A DNA stretch of 60,978 bases, counting the filler, from Sphacelaria rigidula (Eukaryota), in assembly GCA_964200075.2 (NCBI GenBank). It is 6 parts of 6 records of this genome, joined end to end, with 100 filler letters (N's around TTAATTAATTAA, not from the genome) between each part and the next. Parts side by side here need not be neighbours in the genome. Positions count along the whole stretch, not along the records: positions 1 to 10,080 come from CAXNAA020007187.1; positions 10,181 to 20,260 come from CAXNAA020007188.1; 4 more parts are not named here. One strand, 5' to 3'. The notes beneath the pieces are model-generated. The model had not been told where the DNA came from, did no database searches, and saw only the letters and a list, made by a program, of their open reading frames with translations. The position numbers and the translations under genes are program-made. This document shows positions 1 through 11,559 of the stretch, one piece after another (position 1 is the stretch's first letter; each line of letters starts with the position of its first letter).

Positions 1-1329
1 GGCGCTGTATGGCCATTTTTTTCGTGACACTTTTAGCTGGTTTTGGGGAGGGGCTATCGTAGAAAGTGTCAACAATTGAACATCGCCTTCGCATTTGTCA
101 GCAGCAAAATCAAGACCGCGCAGTGAGCTGTTGGCGAGTTGAACAAGGCACACATGTGGGCAAACGTCCTCACTGTCGGTCAGCTGTGCTCGACAAGTGC
201 AGAGGGGTGACCAAATCCCTGCGGTCATGCAACCCGTAACAGAGAGTTCCCTCGAAGGATGCATCTGTGTGAAGTGCCGGCGCAAGAATTTCCTTGTGAC
301 AAGGATGCATCCCTGCACAAGTACTTCACCGAGGGGGCTTGAAGAAATTAACGTAAACAATGGTTGGTGCTATGGAGATGCCACCTTCCCTAACGCTAAC
401 CCTAGCACTAACATCGACCAAGGCATACCGAGGACGCTCGGGCAAGGGGGGTGCAGTGTCGTAGCTAAAGCGTGCGTTACGAGAACTCGAATCGACGCCT
501 TTCGAGAGCTCAAATCGACGCCTTCGAGCCGACTTTGGACCAAACCACGTTCTGGACGACCTGGTTCTACTGCTCACCACTGCTCACCTGCCCCGAATCA
601 TGATTTTTCTCAGAACTTTCTTTCGCCTGAAACCAAGTCAAATTGAGTACCAATCGTTGTTCATGTACATTTCTTCAGGTCTACCAGTGTCACACTACAG
701 GCGAATGTATATATGCGTGCGCAGATGCATAAACTTGGACATATTGAGCGACTGGACGGCTGACGCGGTAGCAAACTGGCACCGGTCTGTACTGCGGTCC
801 TTTCTGGATCATGACCATCTGTAGTGCACCGATCGGCATACAGTCTGTTGAGCTGCGCACTTCATGGCGCACGGCCCTAAGCGCGCTGCAGCCGCTGCGA
901 GGCGTGAAACATCGCTCATAGGCTGTGCAAACCACAGTCAACAGTTCCAAGCCGCTAAATCTGGTGCTGTGCGCTGCAGCAGTGCGCACTAGGGGGCAAA
1001 ACGGTAAGATTTTGTTCCGAAAAAATGTTTTTTGCTTTTGGCGCAACACTGACTTCACAGGATCATCTCGGTGCCGGTGCTGCGCAGGTTAATAACTGTG
1101 AGTTAGCCCGCTGATTCGGTAAGGGCCTCGCGGAGGGATATTTCGGAACTGAAACGATTAAATCACTAATTTACCGCTTTTTCTTCTCAAGCGTATCCTC
1201 TACTCTCCATCTCACGAAAACATCGTTCTATGTAATTGGAGGCTCCCTCATCAGTTGTGTTTGTTCACGTCTGTTTATTTTTCGCGGAGGGCAATATAGT
1301 AAATCTGGAATATATACAGTCACTTTTAA

Positions 1330-1456
1330 ATGAATTAATTGAATAATTAGAGGTTGATTGAGGATGGATGGTTGGATGGCTGGATGGATGGTTGGTTGGA
1401 TGGCTGGTTGGATGGATGGTTGGATTGTATTTTTTTGGATAGAGGGGAAGACAGTG
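1330..1456 (-). repeat. (GGAT/GGTT)n microsatellite with a conserved flank; further copies at 8565-8666 and 8670-8822. Possible 3' tail of a non-LTR element
   Basis: All three sites share aattaatt...gattgaggatggatgg...tttt-(g/c)ga(c/t)a-ggg(g/a)aagaca. Confidence 0.55.
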
Positions 1457-1535
1457 TATACTTGCTCGATCGGAGCGGACAAAGCGATAACTCGCGCGCT
1501 TTTTCTCCCTTTATTCAACCCATGTCTATTATTTA

Positions 1536-1827
1536 CATGTATCATTTCACATGTTCACCACTTTTGCCGAGTTTTCTCTGGCAGCAAGGCATTTTTCCCC
1601 ACGCTTTTTTTTGCAGCGCACTGAAAAGGCATACTCGTACGAAGTACATTTTATACTTTCGACTTGCGTCACCCCCGGGAGGCCCGTACCAACCTCCCGA
1701 AGGGAAACCTTGCATATATATATATATATGTACATGTATCATTTCGCATTTTTCACCACTTTCGCCAAGTGTTTCTGGCTGCAAGGCATCTTAGCCCGCG
1801 CTTTCTTTTGCAGTGCACGAAGGAGGA
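1536..1827 (+). repeat. Diverged direct duplication of a ~95-bp unit (1536-1630 and 1732-1827)
   Basis: catgtatcatttc(a/g)cat-ttcaccactt-gcc-ag---tctggc-gcaaggcat-tt-ccc-cgcttt-tttgcag-gcac-aa-agg in both copies. Confidence 0.8.
1657..1712 (-). repeat. ~56-bp dispersed stem-loop repeat (second copy 4106-4161), probably the 3' end of a 5'-truncated LINE or SINE
   Basis: tttcgacttgcgtcacccccgggaggccc(g/a)taccaacctcccgaaggg(a/g)aaccttg nearly identical at both sites; internal hairpin cgggagg/cctcccg. Confidence 0.6.
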
Positions 1828-3299
1828 TCAGCGGTGTGTTACAATTCAGGTTTGGGTGTCATCTGATACCTGTGGCGCGTTTTCTTGCCATCGAAAGTCG
1901 CCGACACTGGCTCTTTTTTGCGGGGTGTCGATCCCGAACCACAAAAGCCTTTCCAAAATCGTCGAAAACTTCAAACAAGAGCCGCAAAAGCCCGCTCATG
2001 GCGGGGTATTTTTTTCACCGTGATTTTCTTTGCGTTCTCGATGATTTGGGAACACGAAGACGGTGGTTATGCAGCCAATGTCACGAGAACATGAGAGCAA
2101 AGCAGTTGAAAACAGCTGGACATTGCCTTGACCTAGTCAGCAGCAAACACAAATCGAATGATCTGAGATCCCTTATCATTTAGTTTTGACGCGAAGCCTC
2201 TACCACGGTCATATCTGCGTAATATATGCCCCAATTATGCAAACGTAACAATCCACAAAAAATGCATCGTGAAGAGTACTGAAGAATGTGTAGATTGATA
2301 TTAGAGGAAGGGGTCACAGTCACAGCTACAGCAGGGGAAGTCGCTGATGGCCCGGTGTGCATTGATACGGTGGATACCCACGGTGCGTGGCATTTTGTGT
2401 TTTCAACACCCTGCTGTTTGATGACGGCTAGATGGAGTGGGTACAGTGATCGTTGATCACGCAGGCTGCGACGGATCCTGCCGGCCTCATCATCAATCGT
2501 CGCCCAGTTATGGACGAACGTTCGAAGAAACCCAGCAAATAAGCATCGTTTATGATCCGCTACCATATATGTGAGGGTTATGAGCTGAACATTTCCGCTT
2601 CAAAAAGCTCGACAGTCGAAGATTGAGCTCCTGTCGCGCGCCCAGTAGGTAGTGCCGCGGACCCTTGCCGGCCTACCCGGCACTGGGGGCGACATCCTGG
2701 CACAGACAGTTCCATCACTACCGGGACGGCCGTGCACAGGCCGGCAGCCGGAATGGCTGTTGCACTGGTGTTCCCCTAGCGTTAACAGCTTAGACTACGG
2801 CCACACGAGGCTTTGCACGCGAACATTTCGGTGCTTGCCTCACTTCCACTTCGGCCATGTTCTGTGGATTATTTGATTATTTCACGATCTCACCGCCTGA
2901 TATGTATGTGTATGGAAATGTTTTACACTCTAGACGAGAGCGTTCTACAGTCAGTATACAATTAAAAAATATGTACTGTGCACAGGATAGAAGCTTTTGC
3001 CTTCTGCGACGTGCACAATACTCGTACAAAAATGGGAACTGCGCTCAGTATGACTTCAAGACAGTGTAGAAATCTCCACGCGGCATTAATTGTTACAACC
3101 GGCTTGCGCGCCATAGCGGCTGTGCTACCACACAACTTCGCTCAAGATACAGGCAGGAATTATAGCGGCAGAGGCGACCTATTACTCTTGCGTGCGCCAC
3201 CTAGGGCGAATGCACACCCAGCTGCAAAACCGACCGCTGTACTAGATGTGGCAGAGCGAGGGGTGGTACACCACGTACACGCAGACAGCAAGCAGTATC

Positions 3300-3337
<38 letters not shown>

Positions 3338-3612
3338 CTTGTACTGTCTACAAGTGTGACTTGAAATCCGCGCGCGCGGGGTCGGGCCGGCATTTAGAGA
3401 ACCCTGCACGACGTCGCCGTGTACTACCGGGACGCAACCTTATTTCAGTAGCAATCACTTGCGATGTGTGCTGTGATGGGTTTCGTGCGTGATGGTTTTT
3501 TTTCCACCTCCGCACACCGCCCGTGAAGCGAGCTCTTCGTGCTGGAAGTATCCACCGCTTTTCCCGCCACTCTTGGTCTGAGACAATTGAAACTGCCAAG
3601 TATGACAGTATT

Positions 3613-4033
3613 TAACAGTGGATTCTCGAAATTGTGGTTGAAAAACAAACGAGATTCAACTCAAAAGCCGTGCTTTCCCTGACCAAAATATATGACAAAC
3701 GACTTTCATATGGACCACCCCATCCCTCCCGATCTCCCTAAAACCATATCGGGGGATTCTTAGCCTTCCATTCTCCCAGAGGGTATGTGCGAAAGCATAT
3801 CTTTGCCTCGGTTTCGGGGTGAAAAAAGACGTTTTTTGTCCCCCAAAACGTGCTTTCGCACATACCCTTTGGGGGAACGGAAGGCTAGAAATCGCTCGAA
3901 ATAGTTTAAGGGAGGTCGGGAGGGATGAGGTGGTCCATAGAAAAGCCATTTGTCATGAATTTAGATCCGAGAAAGCACCGCTTCTGAGTTGAGCCTCATT
4001 TTGTCTCAACCCCTTCCTCGAGAATCCACTGTT
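3613..4033. mobile_element. Foldback MITE (AACAG-terminal family), palindromic over its whole length
   Basis: Ends aacagtggattctcga / tcgagaatccactgtt. Inner arms pair (ttcaactcaaaagccgtgcttt / aaagcaccgcttctgagttga; agggtatgtgcgaaagca / tgctttcgcacataccct). Related ends at 20188, 50736, 60915 and, more diverged, 40567 and 40772. Confidence 0.85.
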
Positions 4034-6387
4034 ATCTGCTGCAAGGTACATATTCTCCCACAAAATTGGCTCCAAAAATATGAAGAAGGAATAACACAGG
4101 TTTATTTTCGACTTGCGTCACCCCCGGGAGGCCCATACCAACCTCCCGAAGGGGAACCTTGTATTACATTTTGTGTTGTCCAGGGTGTGAAATTTTTACA
4201 GGCTGCTACATTGCACTATTTCACTTTGGAAATACGAGTCCTTGTCACCAGCCCCGCATTTTACAGGCCACGGCATTCGAAGCATGGTGTTTGATCGTGT
4301 TACATGGGTAGTGCTTCATGCAGGCTGTTGGTTCCTGTAATGCCTGTCTCAGCTAGATTGCGGCACGTAAGTGGCATGGATCTGAAGTCGACAACAACAG
4401 CCGTGTCGAGGTTAGCGCACCACGTAAGAGGAGGCACCTCTAGGATAAGGTTAGTTATTATTGGTTTTCATCCGTAGGATGGACCCGCCTCGATATTGTC
4501 CCGAAAATGTATCTCCGATACACTTGGATATGATGACGATCTCTCGAAAATATACCGATTCGTGGTATCTACCGAGATGCGTTGACAACATATCAACCAC
4601 CAGCCGTTGCGTTTTCCCTTCGTGACCTGCCAGGCGGTTGGAATTGGCCTGGACGAGGCGTTCCCACTTTGGGCTCTCAGTTCGCATGGTGTGGGAGGTT
4701 TAGAGTGGAGCACCATCGAAATCGGCCAGGTTTGTTCACACATTTGTACAGGAAGTTAGGCGACCGTTGAGGTGTTGAAAGTCCCGCCGATCTCACAAGA
4801 CACGACTGTCGGATACAGTGACGGAGTGTTGGTCCATCGGCCTTGGCCCTCCTGCAACTAAGCTGTCCTTGGACATACAGACACTCGGCAACACTGATGT
4901 TTGGCTACAAGTTAATTTTTGCAAGACTAGCAAGGCAGCCAACCGTCGCGTGCATGCGCCATCGCTGTATTGTTGTGGCGGCGGTTTGTTGCATGCCGTC
5001 GGTGACTGGCACACGAAGCATGAAGCGCGGGTACAACAGCCATCAGGAGTACTCTTGCGCCCTATCCGTAACATATACCAGGGTAAACGGGTCGTAGATT
5101 TTGAGGTGCTCCCGAAGCTGCGAGCAGTCAACGAAATTATTTCTCTCAAATTTGAACAGGTTCTGGCAATTGTGGGGCTTGGGGTGACCTTCGTTCAGCT
5201 ATGTGGATACAGCTGGCTTGTGAAGAAGATTGGGATGCTGGAGGTGCAGACGGGAAGCTCATACCTGAACTTGCCTATCATCTTGACGCTTCCCAACGTC
5301 AAGTATTTGAGCTGGAACGACGCCAGCCTGAAGATCGCTCTAGTGTTGTTTTTGACGATCTTCTGGTCGTGCCTGAGTGCGGTGAGTAGCGCCAAGTTAT
5401 GTTTCCACGCGAAGGTTTTCTGTCTCACGTGAAACAAGAGTCGGCCGCCACCCTGCTGATTCCTTTGACCGCACCCTTCTCATCGAGGTGGATGCGACTG
5501 TAGTTACCGGGGGAGAGATGGGTTGATCCCTGGAGACCACAGATTTGTCTCAAGGAAGAGGAGGGGTTCAACGTGTGACGGAAAAAGCAAGAATGAAAAC
5601 CTAATACTCGCGTCTTGTTACATGCTCCGGTTATAGGTCAATTAGGCATCACATTTCCCCCGGCCATGTAGTCAGAGAGTCTCCGATTCTGTTGGAGGTG
5701 TGTCCTTATGGCTAATGTTCGAGTGCTGAAAATTCAAACGTAGTGCAGAATTTTCTAGTTGCTGCGGCAAAGACAACTTTTCTGCATATCTTGGTGATCC
5801 CTCTACACTGTGGCAAGGGTCACCCCTCGAAGCAGTCTGAGCACCCATCTGTGCGAACTGAGATGTGACGTTTTGCTTGCAGTATGTGCAGTTGCAACTA
5901 GCTAGTTGTAACGACTGGAGATACCCCACGCCCCGCCCGCCTTGAAAGTTATCCTCATATTACACCGAAATCGTCGCCTGGGGAACGGCATTCGCGAATT
6001 GAAAAACAGATCAACATTGGAGTACTGCTGGCGTCGACGAGTCCTGTTCCTGCGCACCTGCGCGGCAAGCTAAGTGGGTTACTCCTCATGAGTCAGAGCC
6101 TCGGCAGAACTATCGGGCCTGCTTCGTGGGCAGCCATGTACGCGTGGTCGATCTCCAGCTCACCTACTGGCGGTGAAAGCATGCCGCTGGTTGATTTCCG
6201 TTTCGTATTCACCGTTTCGGCGCTGATCATGGGCGTAGTTGCCATGTTATCTCGCCGCGTACTTACTATGGAGACCATGATGAATGTGGTGGAGGCTTCG
6301 CCGCCAGGAAAAGTGTAGAGCAAGTCGGGACATGGACGCCATGGGCACACCTTGAGGTGGAGTGATTATGTTCTGTAGGGGTTGAGA

Positions 6388-7565
6388 TAGAGGTGTTCAT
6401 CTGAAAAAAAAACCCCGGTTATAACCGGTTTTTGGAGACCCCAAAAGGCGTTAACCGGTTACGGCTATGAAAAAAAACGGAGTTTTTTTTGCCGGTTTAA
6501 GCGGTTCACCGGAAAACCGGTTTAACCGGATAAGCAAGGGAAAACGCCTCCAAACCATTGAAACGCAGGTGAATTCGGCGTTGTTGTCGTATGTTTCGTG
6601 TGTGGTGGGTAATGGATACTCTCGAACACACCCATTGCCGGTAACGGCAAGGTTCAATCTCACACCTCCGTACTCCGCACTCCGCACCCGTGCAACACCG
6701 GTCGAACTTTACAGCACAGTGGCTGAAGACTGGTGACAAAGAGTTTTATGCGTGATAGGAAATGGTGTCCGTGATCACGTGAACAGCTGCTGTTCAAATC
6801 TTGCACCTATCCGTACCAAACACAGGGTGTCAAAAATCGAAAATAAAAACTTTACTCCGGAGTGTAGATAGTAGAGGGAACCTGAACCGTTCTTTTTCTA
6901 ATTTCTTTGTTATCGGCGATTTTCTCAGGCTCTTCCGCTCGTCACCGTCCATCACAGTGGGGATTCGAAGATTCTTGTATCCGGTTGAGTACAGATGAGT
7001 TTTGTTTTCGTTGAATGTGGAGCAGATACAAATATCTTCGAATCCCCACTGTGATGGACGGTGACAAGCGGAAGAGCCTGGGAAAATCGCCGATGACAAA
7101 GAAATTAGAAAAAGAACGGTTCAGGTTCCCACTACTATCTACTACTCCGGAGTATAGTTTTTATTTTCGATTTTTGACACCCTGTGTTTGGTATGGATAG
7201 GTGCAAGATTTGAACAGCAGCTGTTCACGTGATCACGGACACCATTTCTTATCACGCATAAAACTCTTTGTCACCAGTCTTCAGCCACTGTGCTGTGAAG
7301 TTCGACCGGTGTTGCACGGGTGCGGAGTGCGGAGTACGGAGGTGTGAGATTGAACCTCGCCGTTACCGGCAATGGGTGTGTTCGAGAGTATCCATTACCC
7401 ACCACACACGAAACATACGACAACAACGTCGAATTCACCTGCGTTTCAATGGTTTGGAGGCGTTTTCCCTTGCTTATCCGGTTAAACCGGTTGTTTGGTT
7501 TTCAAAATCACGCCTCCTTATCCGGTAACCGTTTTTTCGATTTTCCTATCCGATGAACACCTCTA
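6388..7565. mobile_element. Non-autonomous hAT-like DNA transposon with a ~470-bp internal inverted repeat
   Basis: TIR TAGAGGTGTTCATC / GATGAACACCTCTA; flanking 8-mers ggttgaga / ggctgagg (6/8, degenerate TSD); clustered subterminal AACCGG/CCGGTT; arms 6515-6981 and 7025-7492 are near-identical reverse complements. Confidence 0.85.
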
Positions 7566-7868
7566 GGCTGAGGTTGCCATAAAACATCGACTTGGGCCCG
7601 CATCTTGGCGAGTCACGAGGTGATGTAGCGGCTTGTTGAGTTTGATACGTTGCGAGGAAGAACAAAGTAGGATACGGCAGATGCTACTTCTTCCTTGTCT
7701 GAAAACGTAACCTGGGGTGGATGCAGTATCTCGGAACTTACGACACGGATAAGTATGATGCGTTGGAGTCAGGCTTTTGCTTATCATGCTAGCATGATTT
7801 CTGGCATAATTCCACCTCGATAGCATAAATAACGTACGAGCTGGGCCAGCCTAGAGGCGGATTTGAAG

Positions 7869-8156
7869 TTTGCAGGCCCTTGCTCTCGCCAATATTTAGA
7901 GTTGAACCCTGAAATTTGTCATGGACAATGCATAGGGCACGAAAAAATAATTTACAACTGTACCAAAATTTTATTTTTTATTTCTTCATGAGTTAAGGGC
8001 ATTTTACTGATACCTGAAAACTGTTAATGCCCTTAACTCATGAAGAAATAAAAACAACTCTTGGTGCCGCTGTAATTTTTTTTAGCGCCCTTTGTATTGT
8101 CCACACCAAATTTCAGGGTCCAACTCTAAATATTGGCGGGAGCATGGGTCTTCAAA
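7869..8156. mobile_element. Foldback/MITE-like inverted repeat (arms ~7869-8003 and ~8026-8156)
   Basis: ctcgccaatatttagagttgaaccctgaaatttg vs caaatttcagggtccaactctaaatattggcggg; tatttcttcatgagttaagggcatt vs aatgcccttaactcatgaagaaata. Confidence 0.8.
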
Positions 8157-8829
8157 AAGCTTGGTCGGCAGAAATTCGGAACAGTATTTCGCAGGTCACT
8201 CACGGGCCCACGTTTGGTTTTCGTGTATTAAAATTTTGTGTGGGCACCCTCTAAGGCATAATTAACAAAAAAATGTGGGTCAGGTTGCTTTTTTTCTTTT
8301 TTTTCACTGGTGTAGGGCGTTCTACCATGGTAACGACCATTTCTTCACGAGAAAGCCCCAACCTCCATGAAAAAAACAAAATGAAAGCCCATTTTTTATT
8401 TATTCGGCACTCTTTTGTGGTTCTCCACACCAAGAATCGTCGCCATCCGCTAAATGCATCGATCGGGAGTTTCATAGAGATTTCAGTACTGGCGCTATCT
8501 CCCTTAGGTATAGGAATATATTACTAGACATGGGGTTTAATCGACGAGATTTTTTTAAAAAATAAATAAATTAATTAATTAATTAATTCAAGATTGATTG
8601 AGGATAGATGGTTGGATGGTTGAGGATGGGTGGTTGGTTTTATTTTCGAACAAGGGAAAGACAGTGAATAAATAAATTAATTAATTAATTGATTGAGGAT
8701 GGATGGATGGATGGTTGGTTGGGTGAGATGGGTGGGGTGGGTGGTTGGTTGTGGTTGTATTTATTTTCGTCGTGGTTGGTTGTATTTATTTTTGTGGCTT
8801 GTTTTTTGGACAAGGGAAGACAAAAAATA

Positions 8830-9850
8830 TGATATTATAAGGGGTTGAACAATATACATTGGTTTGTAGTGGAGTTTTGAGGAAAAATAAACTTTGCTCT
8901 TAGGCCTTATCGTGTTTGGGGATGAATGGTTGTATTTTTATCTTTGGATAAGGGAGAGACAAAATGGAAAAAAAAAAATGGATAAAATAGACACTTTCCC
9001 GGTAGGAGAAGGTAACGACTTGCGCGGCTTTGAGGTGAAGGGCACATGAGGTACACCCTATTCAGATGATGCGGTGCGGTGATGGAGATGCCAAACAGAG
9101 CGACGTCACCGTAGATGGCATACATCGTGATATGTCGAGTAGGTGGAGTGATGGCAAAAAATTAACAGAGATCGCGGGGATTGGGCAGGTATGACGGAGT
9201 CCGTCGGAAACCACACATAAATTAGGAACGCCAAGTCGTGAGAAAGAGGTGAAACGGGGCATGGAAACCATAGGTTGCATCGCGGCTGAGGGCAAAACTT
9301 GGTGGGGCTGGTTCCGTGCGCATGAAATGGAGGAGGCGAGGTTGATGAGGCACACCGCCTTCATAGTACGTACATTCACCTATGCATGAAATCGTGGAAT
9401 AATTATAGCACGGTACAAAGGAGGGACCGAAATGCGGTGCATATATCTTTCACGATAATAGTGAGAAGGGAAAAATAGGAAGGAGAGACGAACCTAACAA
9501 TAAGGTGCCCCGTGAACAAATTGGTAAAGAAGGGAACGAACGACATGAGTTGACTCGATATTCTGGGGAAAATGCGAGAGAAATAGAAGACGGAAGAGCC
9601 CGGCATGAAATTTTTTATATAAGATGTCATGGAGGAAGAAATGAAGACACGACACGGAGTGGCGATTGCCGGATCCATGTCTGTAATCGGAGGATAGGTA
9701 GTCGTTTTCGGTATCTTTGTCGGTAATCCGAGGAGTAGGTCGTGGACGGAACCGAGAGGGGGAATGAGAGGAAAAACAACAATATAAAGGAACCATATGA
9801 CGATGGCACGGAGATATTTTCTCCCCAAAGCAAGAAAAGGACTCACGCAA
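8830..9850 (-). pseudogene. Possible decayed 3' end of a non-LTR retrotransposon
   Basis: Strand-biased, broken coding-like sequence with a Cys/His cluster (FCPQPRC...HLF across a frameshift), running into the (CCAT)n tail; no diagnostic RT motif seen. Confidence 0.3.
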
Positions 9851-10080
9851 CTGACAGACCCAGTTGATTTTAATTAAGCATCGAAAACACCAAAAGAAGG
9901 TGAGTACGGTACGAGCTGGGCCAGCCTAGAAACGGATTTATGCTCTAAAAGCAATATCTCATCGACACAAACGAGTTGGGCCGTGACCCGCACATCGTAT
10001 TAATCGTCCAACCAATGGGAATGTGCCCATCTGGTCAAAAGTTTGGGCCCACAATTTCTCGTTGATTAAACTCCATGTCT

Positions 10081-10180
10081 NNNNNNNNNNNNNNNNNNNN
10101 NNNNNNNNNNNNNNNNNNNNNNNNTTAATTAATTAANNNNNNNNNNNNNNNNNNNNNNNNNNNNNNNNNNNNNNNNNNNN
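10081..10180. other. Artificial 100-nt contig spacer (N-TTAATTAATTAA-N, stops in all six frames); identical spacers at 20261-20360, 30441-30540, 40621-40720 and 50800-50899
   Basis: Same N-run with central TTAATTAATTAA every ~10,180 bp; the flanking segments are 10,080 or 10,079 bp. Confidence 0.95.
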
Positions 10181-11559
10181 TACGCTCTGCTTCTATGGCT
10201 GCCCCGCGGCTGTACTGAGTAAGAGAGCTGCTTGTAGATAAGACATGATGCTAAGCAAACACGTGAGTTCCTTATCAAGAGTCTGAACATGAATGAATCT
10301 ACATTGTGATAAGTCAAGGGAGGATAGCTAGGTCTGTGTGAGTTTGCCCACGTGGGAGCTTGGTGAGGCTGACACCATGGTATCTCCCGGCACTCATACT
10401 GATAGACCCCAGCCACTGCATTAGCTAGCTCCCTCTTTATGACAAGGGTGTTCTTGGTGTAATACGGACGAATTGACGCCGGTACAGCATCATGGACCCG
10501 ACCCTCCGCTACCCCGCGCGAAGATCATATGTACTGTAGTGTGCCACCGTGCAGTTTGCTGTCTGGTGCTTTGTACGCTGCTGTTGTACTGCACTACATA
10601 TTTGTATTACAGTTGCGCTTGTACATTTATTGACTGTTTACCTGCACGATGATACGTCATCGACCCCCGACTCGGCGAATTTCACCGAACTACGCGGTAC
10701 TATAATAAGTATCGCCAGCTGCGCTGGTATTGCCTCTAGACACACGGCATCCGGTAGTTATTTTTTTTCTCAGCCTCAACGTGTTCTCAAAATAGAACTG
10801 AGCGGTTTGACGTTGCTGTTCGCTGCATCCCACACGTCTATTCCTTCGTGGCATGCAGGTTTGTTAATGCGCCGTTGCGCGGGTGACAGCCACTGTATGT
10901 CTGTTGATTGTGACAACCTTCTTTTTCTTGTCTCTTGCTGTTACAATTTATTCCAATACACACACACATACGGTTTGTTGTGTGCCTTCGACACACACAC
11001 ATATATATATATATATTCCCTTTCGTCTGCACCTAATTAAAAAGGTGATAGACCGCTACATGTGCGGAGTTGCACGGACCTACATGTCGATCGAAAACTG
11101 TCGACAGTACCCTGCCACTATGTCTCTTTATATTTTTGTTCGCTCCGCCCCAGTCCTCAGCAACTGTGCTGTCTCCCACGACGAAGCGTTCACTTTTCAA
11201 CCCCCGCATCTCTACGTTAACGATCTGGCGCAATTGCGCACGTGTACAAGCCACTTCTGATATCAACCGCCCTTCGGCTTCATCGGAGCAAGATGTCACG
11301 AAGGACGGTGCTCTCCCTACAGACAGTGGTGACCGACCGTACAAATCAACCACGCGTAGTGAGACGAGTGATGAAAAAAACGAACCAGAACGTTGTGATG
11401 TTGATGAGAGCGTCGTTGCAGGACGTATTTACAGGGACGTGAGTGTGGATAAACACTAGTACTCCTAGCCCCCCCACAAACACATCTACTGCCCCGAACA
11501 CAGCCCGCCAGAATGGAACCCACGACTCTACCGATGCCAAACGTACCACCTGACGGTGT

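Noticed and set aside
1657-1712. Hammerhead ribozyme
   Set aside because: GAAA is present on the minus strand but the CUGANGA core is not
1228-1794. WLDG/QPAI repeat proteins
   Set aside because: Translations of the (GGAT)n microsatellite
6451-7556. Duplicated 77-89 aa ORFs on opposite strands
   Set aside because: Mirror products of the inverted repeat, with no recognisable domain
10181-10500. 5' LTR and PBS of the first Gypsy element
   Set aside because: No visible similarity to 18978-19664, and I could not match tggacccgacc to a tRNA 3' end
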